Shown: positions 43,363-56,005, counted from the whole stretch's first letter. The stretch is DNA of 61,317 nucleotides, filler included, from Globobulimina sp. (GCA_003354225.1; 17 parts of 17 records of this genome joined end to end with filler, not necessarily neighbours in it); one strand, 5' to 3'. The notes: generated from the sequence alone by a model not told the origin. Numbers and translations are program-made.

Positions 43363-44241
43363 TATGAGGACGAGGATTTGGTAAATAATCCAGACATTGA
43401 GGCCTATGTTAACAATCTCCCAATGATTGACACAGATATTGAAAATTTACAACAAGTATTTAATTTATTAAATTATAAGGTCATACCAAATGAATTGAAA
43501 TTTACTTGGACTGAACAAGAGATAGTTAATTATTTTAAATATGATGTTGGGGATGAATTATTTGATGATAATAAAGAGTTAAAATATGATGCATTGATTG
43601 TGTGTTTCAGCTGCCACGGTGTTGAGAATAAAATTGTTACTTCAGATCATAAAAGAATTGAAAAGATTGTTCTTCATCGAATAATATCAATCGAATACCC
43701 TGAAACCCGCGATATTCCACGTATTTTTTTATTTGATTCTTGTGAAGGTTCGTCGCAAAGACAACATATAACAGAATCAAGCACTATGTTGGATTTTTCT
43801 GAGTATACCAAATGTGCGGAAACTCAAACTACTCATTTATCAAAAGGCATAAAATTAAATGAAATCTCGACAGGAAATGAATGGACGCCAGATACTAAAA
43901 ACCCGGATTACAAACTAGTACAAATACATGCAGCGAATACAGGATTTCAAGCAAAATTGGATTGCAATTTGGGATCTTTTTTAATTTATGAATTTACACA
44001 GAAAATGTTGAAAAACATTGAAAATAAACAGAATAAAAATGTATCAACTATGTTCGGAGAGATACAGAATAAATTACATGATATGGGAAAGCAACAAACG
44101 ATAAACACATTCAATAATGGAACGCAACATTTATATTTTGTCAAAAACGCGAAACAACCAATCAAAAATGCTAAAAATCCATATGATCTTCATCAACATC
44201 AAGGACTTCAACTTGAGAAAATTACTTCAGCGAACGAGTGA
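43363..44241 (+). CDS. Caspase-like cysteine protease (peptidase C14), 5' truncated
   Basis: DIENLQQVFNLLNYKV, VCFSCHG (catalytic His), PRIFLFDSCEG (catalytic Cys), p10-like NTGFQA...GSFLIYEF. Confidence 0.85.
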   Translation, partial: YEDEDLVNNPDIEAYVNNLPMIDTDIENLQQVFNLLNYKVIPNELKFTWTEQEIVNYFKYDVGDELFDDNKELKYDALIVCFSCHGVENKIVTSDHKRIEKIVLHRIISIEYPETRDIPRIFLFDSCEGSSQRQHITESSTMLDFSEYTKCAETQTTHLSKGIKLNEISTGNEWTPDTKNPDYKLVQIHAANTGFQAKLDCNLGSFLIYEFTQKMLKNIENKQNKNVSTMFGEIQNKLHDMGKQQTINTFNNGTQHLYFVKNAKQPIKNAKNPYDLHQHQGLQLEKITSANE

Positions 44242-44372
44242 GCAGTAAATTTTGTAAATAGTTGACTCAGCTTTAAGTTTTATCAAATTTGTAATCCAAC
44301 ACAAGATCAAAGCATTAAATCAAGAGAATTAATTAATCATTAAATACAAATAACAAATTAAACAAATTATAA

Positions 44373-46874
44373 TCAATTTTTCGGAGGCCACACTTTGGTC
44401 AAAACATATTGTTTAATGTTATACATAAACCGTTTGATCTCTTTCAATAAAAAGTTTTGATTTTTGGTCAATGACAGTTTAAATTTCTGTTTTGAATCAA
44501 TTTTATATTCTTTCAATTTGTCAATCAACGCAACCACAGCTTTGTTGCTCACCGCCGCGTATTTGTTATCCGTAATTATATGCGGTCGATATTGCAAATA
44601 TGGTCGAATACATTTCAAATCGGAGAAGATTTCGCCTTCCAACAACAACCTCGCGAACCAATAATAAACTTTGTCATTTGGATATTTTATGCTTTGTTTG
44701 GGTAATTGCCATTGGAAGGGACCGAATCGCACACTCACATAACATTTGATTGCGTCGCTCCTCTCGTCGTAAAAAGGTTTATCGATCTGATTCTCCAACG
44801 GATCGCTTGTAATACAAAGATGCGGCGCGATATTTAACAGCCAATGCGGCTCAATCACAGTCACATGACGCATATAAATGCGTTTCTCTCTCTTTTCCAC
44901 AGAGACCGTCTCGGATTTATGCAAAGAAAAATAAACCACAAATTGCGGATTGCAGACAAACGATTTCGACGCGAAAATATACGAAGATGGATGAATAAAC
45001 ACTGGCTTCTCCGGCGCCGATATGCATTGATAGGCTTTCTTCAAAATTAAATAATTCCTTTTGGATTGGATCCAGTCCTCGTCATTCGGGATGGTGTCAG
45101 TCGGCCATTTCCGCGCAATTTGATCCATTAAACCCGACGCAATGATTTGTCGCAATAAAATCTGCTGCATATTGGACGGCGGCGACACTGCTAATCGCAA
45201 ATCGAAATTATTCATTTTATCCCCGTAAATGTTAGAGATTATTCTCTGGATTTGCAGCATCAACGAGTTGCACTCTGAGACATTTTTGTAGCGAATAAAG
45301 TGTTCTTCGCAAAACAGGTGTTTTTCGCGCAGGTTCGTACAACATTTGTACGCTCCGAATATGTTTAAATAGGATAAAATGTCCGATTTCTGATTGGCAA
45401 ATTTCAATCTCGCATTCACCACAATCTCTCGCTTGTATTTCCGTCGCCATTTTTGTCGTTCTTTCTCGTTTCGAAACTCGTTCGATTTATTTCCAGCGCC
45501 ATTTTCCCGCAGTCTTTTACTCAAAATCTTGTCAATTTCGTCGGGTAAAAATTGCAGCGATTCCACACTCAACAAACAACAAATCGCAATCACGAACGGC
45601 AAACACTGTCCTTGGTAGCCTAAAATGAGCATTTTCGCCAATCGCACATTGATCGGATACTCAATCAGCGACTGACCCAACTCGTTAATGCACAACTTAT
45701 ACTCATCGCTTTTTAAGCATTCGTTATTTCGCAGCAACAGCAACGAATTATTGCCGCCGCCATCCGCATTATAATTGAGAGCGCCTAACGTTTCTAACAC
45801 GCGTAAGCCCGAAAATATATTTTCTTGTTTGGGCGGCGTCGGAAAAGGGAAATTTAAGATGGATTTGATATTCATTGCCTTCATAATTAGCAATATATTC
45901 TCAATGGGCACGCGCAATATTTCCGGCTCGAAATGATTTACCATCCATTTATCATAAAAATTGGCGGAATATAATCGGTAACAATGGCCGGGCCCAGTTC
46001 TGCCACTCCGACCGGCTCGTTGTTCCGCGGATGATTTGGAGGTAAATTCGATTACCATTTTGCTCATATTTTCTTGAGCCGAATATTTCTGCTGTTTGAC
46101 GCGACCACAATCCACAACATAGCCGATGCCCGCGATGGTGATGGAGGTCTCGGCGATATTCGTGGCCAACACAATTAAGCGCGTATTTGGTCGCTGTTTC
46201 TGGAAAACTAAGGCTTGCCGCTGCGTCGACAATAATGAGTATAACGGCAGGATGTTTACAGCCGCATAGGGTTTGTGTTGCCAATCTTTGTCCAGATACA
46301 CGTTATCATTGTCATTGTCCGCCTCCTCGCCGTCGTGTTCAGTCATAATGGTGTCCTCCACACTGACTTTTGCCTCTTCTTCCTTTTCCGGCTTATTCTT
46401 GTCAGAATGTTGCGGTTTTTTGTCAGTTTCAAAGACGGGCAGTTTTTCTTTGGTGGGATTGTTAAACCGTTGCCGTAACCGCTTGCACATAAATTCAATC
46501 TGTCGGCGACCAGTCAGAAACACTAAAATGTGCCACTTTGGTAATAATATGTGAATCTTGCATATTTTCTTAAATACCTCCTCTTCGTACTCCTCCTCTG
46601 TCATTGGAGTGGTTTTGTTGAAGTGGATGGTCACTGGATATTGCCGCGAAGGGATTTTTATTAATGGCGGTGGCGGATTGAATAAATTCAAATTCTCACT
46701 AAAATCCGACACTTTCAACGTGGCCGACATGATAATTAACTTTAAGGGCGTCAACACGTTCACATTCACAGTGCCATCATTGACGGACTTATCATACAAC
46801 ACTCTGAGTTCCCTCACAATGCGCGACAACAAACCCACCAAAACATCCGTGTTCAGATTCCGTTCGTGCGCCTC
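44373..46874 (-). CDS. DHX37: DEAH-box RNA helicase DHX37/Dhr1, 5' truncated
   Basis: EAHERNLNTDVLVGLLSRIV, LKLIIMSATLKVSDF, ATNIAETSITI, QRAGRSGRTGPGHCYRLYS, NFPFPTPP, YYWFARLLLEG. Confidence 0.92.
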   Translation of the reverse strand, partial: EAHERNLNTDVLVGLLSRIVRELRVLYDKSVNDGTVNVNVLTPLKLIIMSATLKVSDFSENLNLFNPPPPLIKIPSRQYPVTIHFNKTTPMTEEEYEEEVFKKICKIHILLPKWHILVFLTGRRQIEFMCKRLRQRFNNPTKEKLPVFETDKKPQHSDKNKPEKEEEAKVSVEDTIMTEHDGEEADNDNDNVYLDKDWQHKPYAAVNILPLYSLLSTQRQALVFQKQRPNTRLIVLATNIAETSITIAGIGYVVDCGRVKQQKYSAQENMSKMVIEFTSKSSAEQRAGRSGRTGPGHCYRLYSANFYDKWMVNHFEPEILRVPIENILLIMKAMNIKSILNFPFPTPPKQENIFSGLRVLETLGALNYNADGGGNNSLLLLRNNECLKSDEYKLCINELGQSLIEYPINVRLAKMLILGYQGQCLPFVIAICCLLSVESLQFLPDEIDKILSKRLRENGAGNKSNEFRNEKERQKWRRKYKREIVVNARLKFANQKSDILSYLNIFGAYKCCTNLREKHLFCEEHFIRYKNVSECNSLMLQIQRIISNIYGDKMNNFDLRLAVSPPSNMQQILLRQIIASGLMDQIARKWPTDTIPNDEDWIQSKRNYLILKKAYQCISAPEKPVFIHPSSYIFASKSFVCNPQFVVYFSLHKSETVSVEKREKRIYMRHVTVIEPHWLLNIAPHLCITSDPLENQIDKPFYDERSDAIKCYVSVRFGPFQWQLPKQSIKYPNDKVYYWFARLLLEGEIFSDLKCIRPYLQYRPHIITDNKYAAVSNKAVVALIDKLKEYKIDSKQKFKLSLTKNQNFLLKEIKRFMYNIKQYVLTKVWPPKN

Positions 46875-47177
46875 NNNNNNNNNNNNNNNNNNNNNNNNNN
46901 NNNNNNNNNNNNNNNNNNTTAATTAATTAANNNNNNNNNNNNNNNNNNNNNNNNNNNNNNNNNNNNNNNNNNNNAAAAACCGCAACAACCAGAAGGCGGT
47001 ACGGATTGGCATTAAAATTATTATTATGTATATTTTTTTAATGAGATGCATATAATTATTAATATTATGTACAATCCTTGTGTGTTTGTGCGTATTTATT
47101 CTACAACAAAACAGAAGCTAAAATAAACTAAAAAGTAAAGTAAATTATAAAATGCAGAAAGAAAAAAAGTATATTGT

Positions 47178-49505
47178 CTATATTATAAAACATCTACAAA
47201 GTCTCAAATTGAATGTATTACCATTCATTAACTTGTGTTGATTGGTTGTATTTTTAAATATTGGCTCTAAATCCGTTCCTACATCTTTCTTATTTAAAAA
47301 TGTTTCTCCAAATTCAAATTCATTAATATCATAATGGGTCGTCAAACATTCTTCATATTTAAAATAATCAACCCGTTCAATAAATGTTATTTCCACTAAT
47401 TTTTTTATTTTTTTAATATGATATGTTATTACAAATGTTAATAATCTATTTTCTAATTTCACTAATTTATATTCATCCATATTATCATAATATTCTTTCT
47501 TGTGTTGAATTGTTAAAACTAACAGCTTCTGTTCACCTTTGATCCGTAACAAAACTTCAAAATCATTTGCATTTAACTGCATACAGTCATATTTACCATT
47601 TCCTGTCAAATTATTAATCATTTCAATACCATATTTAATACATTTCTTATCTAATTCTATTTGTTTTGCTGTTGATTGAACCGAATTAAAAATATCACAA
47701 AAACAGTGTCCTGACACAATTCCGCTGTGATTTGGATCAGAACATGATCGATTTGGCGAAATGTATTGTGTCATAATAGATTGTGCCGGTCTCGTTTCAT
47801 ATAATATGGAATGTGGCAATGTATTATAAATCCAATCAATATTATTAATATTATTATAATGGCCATATTTTGTAGTAAATAATAATGGTATTTGTTTCCA
47901 AAATAAATGCAAATCATAATGTGTAATTAATCGTTGTTGATTTATTTTTAATTTATGTAATATTTCCTTTCTATATTTATTCTCAAATTTGGATTTTGGA
48001 AGCAATAGTATTGAGACAGGATTTGTTGCTTCCATCTGACCATAAATATTTGTCCTGCACTCTCCTAATAAACAGCCATGATCTGCTGTTATATGTAATA
48101 TTGTATTATCCAAATCTAAATATTCCACCATATTTCTTATATATTTATCCATTGCCCATATACCTTGACCATTACTGACATGATTTGAGTTAAGATGTAC
48201 GATCATAAAATATGGAATCTTATCTATTTTCTGTTGTTTGTTTATTGCATTTAATATTAAATCTGTAAACAATTCACTCTCTGTTTTGTGTGCATAGTGG
48301 CAACAGAAATGCCATGAAAAAACATCTTCCGATAAAATAAATACACCATTATTATTCTCATCATTTAAATCTAAGGCTCGTTGGCTATCAAAACTAAAAT
48401 TATTTGAATTCAATAACTCATTATATTGATGATAACCAAATGCATTATAGCCAAATTCAGTAAAATATTGATGCAAATCCATGGAGTAATTGTCGAATCG
48501 TTTGTCATTATCTGCGCAGAACCTACAAATTCCGCGGACCAAAGCGTTCATATTTTCTCTAGTTCGCGCACCAACAGTGCTGTGACGAAAAAATTGATAT
48601 ACATAGGATGGTGATCGAGATTTGCTGTTCGAATGGTCATCATTTGACATTAATGCATTCAAATAATCCACAGTCATTGGAGTGGAACGCATAAAATTGG
48701 ATCGTGAGGTTGAGTCAATCACAAATATTACAACATTTGGTGGTTTCTCATCGCTCATATCATGACCAAAATGTTTAAAATATCTATCTCTTTGTTTTCT
48801 ATATAACTCATTATTACTTTGTTTTAATGGCAATAAAGTGAGATGGAAATTATATTTCTCTCCACATTTTATGAAGGTGTTTTGCGTTAATTTATGTAAT
48901 GTTAAATAATATATATTGTAGCCATCAACAGATGCACTGTATTTATCAATTAATATTTTGTTTTTTATATTTTTATTTATTGCAATAAATGTTAGCTTTT
49001 TGATTCGGTTTGAATTGAAAATATGATTACTTTCATAATAGCCAACAACATATGTTTTCATACATTTAATTGTAATAATTCTATTTGATTCGAAACTAAA
49101 TATGTTCGCTTTACTATTACATTTATGATCTTGTTCAAATAATGGATATTCATTAAATGCCTGAGATAATGCTAATGTGCTACCGGTTGGTACATGTTTG
49201 AAGATACATGATGTCATATTATTATTTGATAATGATGTATTTCCTAAACCTTTCATCCAATTTGCATATCCTAATAATTTATCATTCTCTTTATAATGCA
49301 TATACCCTTTCAAATATTCATCAGTTAATTGTTTTAGAAAGTTATTTCCAACAATGTTTTCTTTTCTGTTTGTTGATTGTAAAAAAGTTCCGTTCTGAAC
49401 AACAATATTACTAAATACCAATATAATAGAAATCAACAGCATACACCATAAATGTTTACTTGATGCAGAAAATATTGTGTGGTATACATTTGTTGATTTG
49501 CCCAT
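47178..49505 (-). CDS. DUF229 / alkaline-phosphatase-superfamily type II membrane protein
   Basis: PNVVIFVIDSTSRSNFMRSTPMT, VGARTRENM, ITADHG, NQQRLITHYDLH, RSC...HCFC. Confidence 0.85.
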   Translation of the reverse strand: MGKSTNVYHTIFSASSKHLWCMLLISIILVFSNIVVQNGTFLQSTNRKENIVGNNFLKQLTDEYLKGYMHYKENDKLLGYANWMKGLGNTSLSNNNMTSCIFKHVPTGSTLALSQAFNEYPLFEQDHKCNSKANIFSFESNRIITIKCMKTYVVGYYESNHIFNSNRIKKLTFIAINKNIKNKILIDKYSASVDGYNIYYLTLHKLTQNTFIKCGEKYNFHLTLLPLKQSNNELYRKQRDRYFKHFGHDMSDEKPPNVVIFVIDSTSRSNFMRSTPMTVDYLNALMSNDDHSNSKSRSPSYVYQFFRHSTVGARTRENMNALVRGICRFCADNDKRFDNYSMDLHQYFTEFGYNAFGYHQYNELLNSNNFSFDSQRALDLNDENNNGVFILSEDVFSWHFCCHYAHKTESELFTDLILNAINKQQKIDKIPYFMIVHLNSNHVSNGQGIWAMDKYIRNMVEYLDLDNTILHITADHGCLLGECRTNIYGQMEATNPVSILLLPKSKFENKYRKEILHKLKINQQRLITHYDLHLFWKQIPLLFTTKYGHYNNINNIDWIYNTLPHSILYETRPAQSIMTQYISPNRSCSDPNHSGIVSGHCFCDIFNSVQSTAKQIELDKKCIKYGIEMINNLTGNGKYDCMQLNANDFEVLLRIKGEQKLLVLTIQHKKEYYDNMDEYKLVKLENRLLTFVITYHIKKIKKLVEITFIERVDYFKYEECLTTHYDINEFEFGETFLNKKDVGTDLEPIFKNTTNQHKLMNGNTFNLRLCRCFII

Positions 49506-49625
49506 GTCCAGTGTTAACAGCAAAAATGGGGGTTATCGAAGTGCAGTTCAGTAACTTCAGTTCGTTAAAATGCAGAGAACAGGAATACGGAGGCAAAATT
49601 TTCTAGTGTGCACACAGCTAAAACT

Positions 49626-50486
49626 ATGCAAAAAGCATTGCAAAAAGCGATATTACAGGTGACAGAAGAGAATGACACTCACAAATCAAAACCAAAAAGT
49701 TATTTTTCATTTGAGAATACTAATACACAGTGCACAAATAAAAATAAACAGGAAATTCAAATAGAATCACGTCAGGTGATATTTTTTCCGCAAGAACATT
49801 GGAGAGCAGATTCGTATTAACCCATTATGATGAAAGGACCACCAATCCAAACACTACGATTTCAATCAATAGGAATGCATTGCGCCGTGGACGAGCCTCA
49901 TTTCCTAAAAAACAGAATAATAAATATGCCAAAAAGAGTAAAAACCAAACAAAAAAATATTCAAACAAAGCAAATAAATTGCTGAGATATCAAAAACGAA
50001 AACCATTTTATTTATTGCAAGAAAACACAAAGAATGTTAATTCAGGTTGGCTAAATACTCACTTATGGCATGCAAAAAGATGTACAATGCAATCAATATG
50101 GGGATACAAATTAGCATTAAAAAATTTGCAACATTCAGCAAAATCCTTTAGAAACACTCTGAATCAGTTAACAAATTGTTGCACTTTGCATGATGCTTCG
50201 TATTGGAATGCCATTGCATTGCATGGCATACAAAGCAAAATAATCGAGATAATGTTACCATTTATAGCACCATTTCAAAGAGGAAATGATTTATTTACAC
50301 AAAAGGAAGTACTTAGTGGTAATAAAGAATGTGAATTATATTTGTATAAAAACAACTGTTATCCATTTGATTTTTTATGCAGTGTTAAATGTTCATGGAA
50401 TGCAATACAAATAAATGAAGAGAAAGGGAAACAGAAAGATGATAATTGTCAGAGAGTATGTTGGTTATGGTGTCATGCATCAGTTT
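49626..50486 (+). CDS. POP1: RNase P/MRP subunit POP1 (probable intron 49699-49751), 3' truncated
   Basis: WLNTHLWHAKRCTM...WGYKLA, TLHDASY, WLWCHAS. Confidence 0.88.
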
Positions 50487-50588
50487 NNNNNNNNNNNNNN
50501 NNNNNNNNNNNNNNNNNNNNNNNNNNNNNNTTAATTAATTAANNNNNNNNNNNNNNNNNNNNNNNNNNNNNNNNNNNNNNNNNNNNGC

Positions 50589-52221
50589 CTAAATAGTTGG
50601 CGGCACATTACTCAGATTATTCATATTGCTCATATTGTTGATATTGCTCATATTAAAATTATTGCTGTTGTTTGTATTAAATTGCGGTGTTTGTGGCGGA
50701 ACAATCGGTGCCTGTTGCACTTGCGGATGCATTTGATGTTGCTGCTGTTGCTGATGTGGCTGTGGCTGCTGTGGTGGTGGATGCTGTGGTGTTTCTTGTG
50801 TAGTTTGGCTCTGTGGTTTTGGAATATTTGCGCCCGTATTTGGATGTCTCTTCCTCCAACACGCCGCACATTCACACGTATCCGCACACGCTGGACACTG
50901 CCACTCCGTTAACTGTCCATCTTCCTGTAAACGAAACAACTCATCCACCCGTTCGATAGTCTCGTATTTACCCATACACTGCGCGCAAAATTTCTTACGA
51001 CAATGCTATATAACATCACATTTCATATCATATTACGTGGTATCCCGCACATAGTGCAAGGATATAATATACAGTACCTTCAACACCATATTTCCTTTTT
51101 TTTTGCCCGGGCCCCATTTCACATTCTTACAAAATAATAACTCAGACGGATCTTTATTATTTTTGCATTGATGACAGGAGGTCTTGGCGCGTCCACCGTT
51201 TTTGATCTTGGATCTGGCCGCAGACAAAGAATTGGCGGAGGTCACGCGCGGTCGGCCCCGTCCGCGATTACCACCGTTGTTATCCCCATTCCGCGCTGAT
51301 TTATTGCCGCTGCCACGCGGTCTGCCCCGGCCGCGGCCGCGAGGTCGTCCACGTCCACGTTTCTAAGCACATATAACATATAATAGGTAACGCAAAATCG
51401 CATACAATCGCATAAATATATGGACAAACCATGGGTGTTTCGCTCTGAATTTCTGTTTTTAACTGTTGCGCCGGGATAAGATACGCCGGCATGGACGAAT
51501 TGTAATATTGCATGCCATTGGGCGGTATCAACGCATTGTCCGTCGGCTCAGATTTGATGGCTTTGTTACCATTGATGCCATTCAACGACGGCGGTTGCAT
51601 GGCATGCATCGCATTGTCACCATAGGAATTGTCGTCTTGTTTTTGTAAGAGATTGGCACCAAAATGTGTAGAGATGAAGCTCCGTAAAGGTTCGTCCTTC
51701 TCCAAATTACACAAAGCGTCGTGTCGGCCACAAGTGGGACAATTGGTTTGTCCATTTTGTTTTAAATAATTTGCGCAGCCCGCACAAAAACGGTGGAAAC
51801 AGCGTAATACAAACATATCCTTGGAAAGGGTGTGACAGTTAAAGCAGACAAACGCGGTTTGTTGGGGAGCGCAGGCGTTCTGCGCACATAATAAGGAGGT
51901 GGCTATGACCTCGGTTCGCGTGGCTAATTTGGCCAAAATGGGCGAGGTATACAGTGGCAATGAGCACGTATGCTTGAATCTGCGATTAATGGAATCTATC
52001 TCCAATTGCATGTTGGCGTAGACATGGCCGTAAGTCTCGATGTGCTTTTTTAAATTACTGATCATTACGGTCAAGATTTGGAAGGTTTGAATGGTGAAAT
52101 CGCGTAATAAATGCACGTCGCGTAGCAATTCACAAAAGGAGTGATATTGAGCGTAATAGAATAAATTCTCGTTGTTTTTCTCGGTCTTTGGCATATTGTT
52201 CAACTGTGTGGAAGTGGGCAT
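50589..52221 (-). CDS. RING finger + AT-hooks + zf-4CXXC_R1 + Gln-rich tail (introns 51363-51429, 51006-51077)
   Basis: CFNC...CFHRFCAGC...CPTC; three GRGRPR AT-hooks; SCHQCK...FCKN...CRKKFCAQC...WQCPACADTCECAAC. Confidence 0.85.
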
Positions 52222-52275
52222 ATTTGGTGTATATATATATTAGTTTCGGTGTAGGGATAACAGAGTAAAGGGCCG

Positions 52276-52933
52276 CTAAGAAACGGTTCTTGCAAAATAA
52301 TTAAGAAAAAATATGTCAAATATATGACACGGGTTTTCGGTAAAATGACATGCATTTTTTATTTGGTGGCAAAAATGGAAATAATTTCTGTTTTTTTCTT
52401 GTTTAATTTGGTTTGTGCATTTTATGGGAATATAATACTTAACAACGGCCGACATTTGTGCGGTTTCAAAATGATTATAAACTTCGCGTAATGCTTCTTG
52501 GAATAAACGGCAAACTGACATATTTTGCTGTATATCGAGTCGAGAAAAAATATTCAAATCAAAAAAAATATGTGCATGAAGAAAAATATATGTTATTTAT
52601 ATACGTTATGTTGGGATATTATAAAAGTTCGAAAATCAAACATTTGGAATCTTTTGCAGCATAATTCTTCCCTTTCGGTGTAGCCGTGATTGATTTTTGT
52701 AATTTCGCTCTCTAAGATATGCCAAAATTGTTCTTTGTATTGGTTAATTTCATCAAGAGTTAAATTTTTTGTTTTATCGCCCAATGTCTCTAATATTTCA
52801 TAACATTTTTGTACGTCCAATCCGGGGAAGCTGTGGTTTTTATTGAGTTGATTGATATTGTTTATATTGTTTGTACTCCGGTAACAAAAAGGATAGAAAT
52901 AATATAAATATTTAACTCGGCTTCTTGAGGCAT
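52276..52933 (-). CDS. Small multi-exon helical hypothetical protein
   Basis: ATG 52933, a short GT-AG intron, then the ORF 52593-52820 frame and a further exon. The 3' end is uncertain. Confidence 0.4.
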
Positions 52934-53241
52934 TTATGAGACAATTGTTGGCTCGGTGTATTGCTATGTGTTGCTTAAATAGGTGGAGTTATTTGCAAAG
53001 CAGTGTCAACGCCGTAATCAGTTTGGCATGCTTTGCGGTCCGATGTTACGTTTTCAGTAAAGCTCAAGTTGTTTTTTCACTACACTGAAAAAACAACAAT
53101 TTAATTAATGATGTTAGTTCATAGCAGTGAACTGTGAACCCATCTGATTGATACAATACACACACAATAGTGTGGTCACCCTATTTGAAAAAACAATAAT
53201 TTTGGCAAAAATCTTGTGACAAGCTGAGGCAAAGAAGTGCC

Positions 53242-54097
53242 ATGGCAGCTGTACTAGCAATCCGCAAAAAAGAATTCATGCAAATCGAGCAAACTGATTT
53301 TTTCATAGCACCACAAGAATCTCCTACACCAAAACGTTACAAAAAATCTCGAATGATTAAATATGTTATTTTATTGGTTTCAGTGGTTTGCATCATTGGA
53401 CTCACAATTTTCTTGTTATTTTTATTTAACACTAACGAATATGAAGAACATGAACAACACGAAGAACACGATAGTTGTCCTATATACTGCTCCGGGAATT
53501 TATTAGAAACAATTCAAGAATTTAATTTTTTTAATGATTCAAAGCACTTTGTTGATATGCCAATGAATATGGAACCAAATGAAATATTAAATTTATGGCA
53601 AAAGAATATTATGGATAAAAATTTAACAACTGACAAAGAATCAGTTTATGATTTTTTAATAACATATTTTGATGGTTCAGGATCTGACATCGATGACTGT
53701 CTTCCAATTGATTTCAACAATGACAGTGTATTTGATATACCATCAACACTAAAAAACAGAATAAATGATGATAAATTACAAATATTTGCCTCATCAATAT
53801 ATAAATTATGGCAATTTCTATGCAAAACAATTTCGAATTCCGTATATCAACACCCGTCGCGTCATAGTTTATTGCCATTGGCCAACCCACAAATGATTGT
53901 TGCCGGTGGCAGATTTCGAGAGATTTACTATTGGGATACATTTTGGATAATCCATGGCTTGTTAATAAGCAATATGTCAATCTCTGCAAAAATAACTTTG
54001 TCAAACTTAATGAATTTAACCTCAAAATATGGCCATATGCTGAATGGGAATAGAATTTATTATCAAAACAGATCACAACCGCCGTTATTAACCTTTA
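53242..54097 (+). CDS. TREH: Trehalase (GH37), type II membrane-anchored, 3' truncated
   Basis: IYCSGNLL, DSKHFVDM, GGRFREIYYWDTFWI, NGNRIYYQNRSQPPLL; N-terminal TM. Confidence 0.93.
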
Positions 54098-54197
54098 NNN
54101 NNNNNNNNNNNNNNNNNNNNNNNNNNNNNNNNNNNNNNNNNTTAATTAATTAANNNNNNNNNNNNNNNNNNNNNNNNNNNNNNNNNNNNNNNNNNNN

Positions 54198-55717
54198 TTA
54201 CTTTATGCTATTTCGTGGATCCTATGAATTTGTTGTCGATGAAAAAGCCATTAAATGCGCAGTCAATGGCTCTTCAATAAATTATCAATTTGAAATGGGT
54301 AAATTGCAATGGTTGATCAAGTTATTTTTAAATGGTAGAACAACATTAGAGATTGGCAAATGTATGATTTCTTTACAATTATTATCTATTCCCACCTCAT
54401 GGAGGCATATCACTGTTCGTCGCAGTTTGAAATGTCAAACATTAGAATCATTCAAAAATGTAACATTAGTCACAGATTTCAAAACAGATGAATCATTTGG
54501 ATGGGCTCCGGATCTCTGCTTGCAAGATGTTGAAAAAATAACATTCATTATTTCACTAAAAATACTACGAATTACAATGAAAGCTTTAGATGATGAATAT
54601 TTAGGCGATCATGATGGTGTAGTTTGGTTTGCATCGCCTTTAAATATCTACAAAAAACACCAAACACTGAAATGGATATTAAACCAACAATTGCTCCATC
54701 AATTTAGTGACTGGTTACCAACCACACAAATACACAGGTACCATTTCCATAAATTGCACAAAAAACAATAAAATCGACATTTTCTAACTATGAATATAGT
54801 AAGATATATAATGATATGTTTTGTATCGGGATTTCACCGAATTCAGTTTTATCGCTTATGCTCTGCTCATTGCCTCCAAAGTTACATGGTGTAATTATCA
54901 ATACCATCCAAGTTAAATGTACTTTGAAGATCGCAGAGCTGAATATTGAATGTTGTAATGTACTTTTATTGAGTTATAAACATTGGGGAATGTTCTTTGA
55001 AATAAAATTAAACGATTATACATTGGCAGAATTCCAGAGCTTAACAATTTTGATGAATGTGGAGATATTACATGAATATGATTTGGATGGCAACATTGTG
55101 AACGATGTAGCAGAGATTGCGTGGATAGAGTTCAATCAACAAACGTCACAATCACAGGCAGACTCGTCCGGACGTAGCCATACGCCGTGTTTATCAATGT
55201 CTGATTTAGCCAACAAAGAATTTAAGGTAATATTTACTATATTAATAATATGTAATTTGATGATAAAATGTTAATTAAGACTGATAGCAATGTGGATTAT
55301 GATATGGATGCAGTAATGGGCGGTGTTGCAAAGTTATTGAAACAAGTAAAGCAAATTAAAGAAGATTTGGATATCATGAAAGAAACTTGCGATGATCATC
55401 ATATTGTACAGGTTGACACGGACAAATTTATGTTATGGTTGAAAGCTGATGTTGGGTTGTTTCAATATTATGATATATTAAAACAACATGGATATGATAA
55501 TGTGAATGCAATTAAAAGCATAACTATGAGTGATTTGGAGGAAATAGGTATTAATAAAAAAGGACATAAAAAACAATTGTTGATTAGTATTAAGAAATTG
55601 AAGGATGCTACACAGCATCCAACAAGTTATAAGTATAACATATTTGAAATTGTTGGTGTTATACTTGTGTTGATATTGGGTGTAGTGTGTGGAAAATTGA
55701 TTGTATTTATTCCGTAG
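54198..55717 (+). CDS. Tandem MATH/TRAF-like domains + coiled coil + SAM + C-terminal TM anchor (2 introns), 5' truncated
   Basis: LQWLIKLFLNG...CMISLQL...SFGW (MATH-like); SAM WLKADVGLFQYYDIL...DLEEIGINKKGHKKQLL; TM IVGVILVLILGVVCG. Confidence 0.75.
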
Positions 55718-56005
55718 TCCGTACTGTTAACGTTTTTATTCCGTACTGACTAAAACCTTCACTCAAGTGGTCTACTAGAACTCTGCTGAATCATCATACG
55801 TTTTGAATCGTCTACGTGCCTTCAGTCATTATATTCGACATTACTATAATATGTCTCGCAATTCTGTAGTAGCGATAATTATGATATTTTATGTGCAATA
55901 TAATTATGAATCATTATGGATTTTACCGCAGGATTATGAGAAATGATTGGTAAGCATCTAAATCATAATACTTAGCGAATTTTATTGCATATTTAAATTG
56001 TGAAA

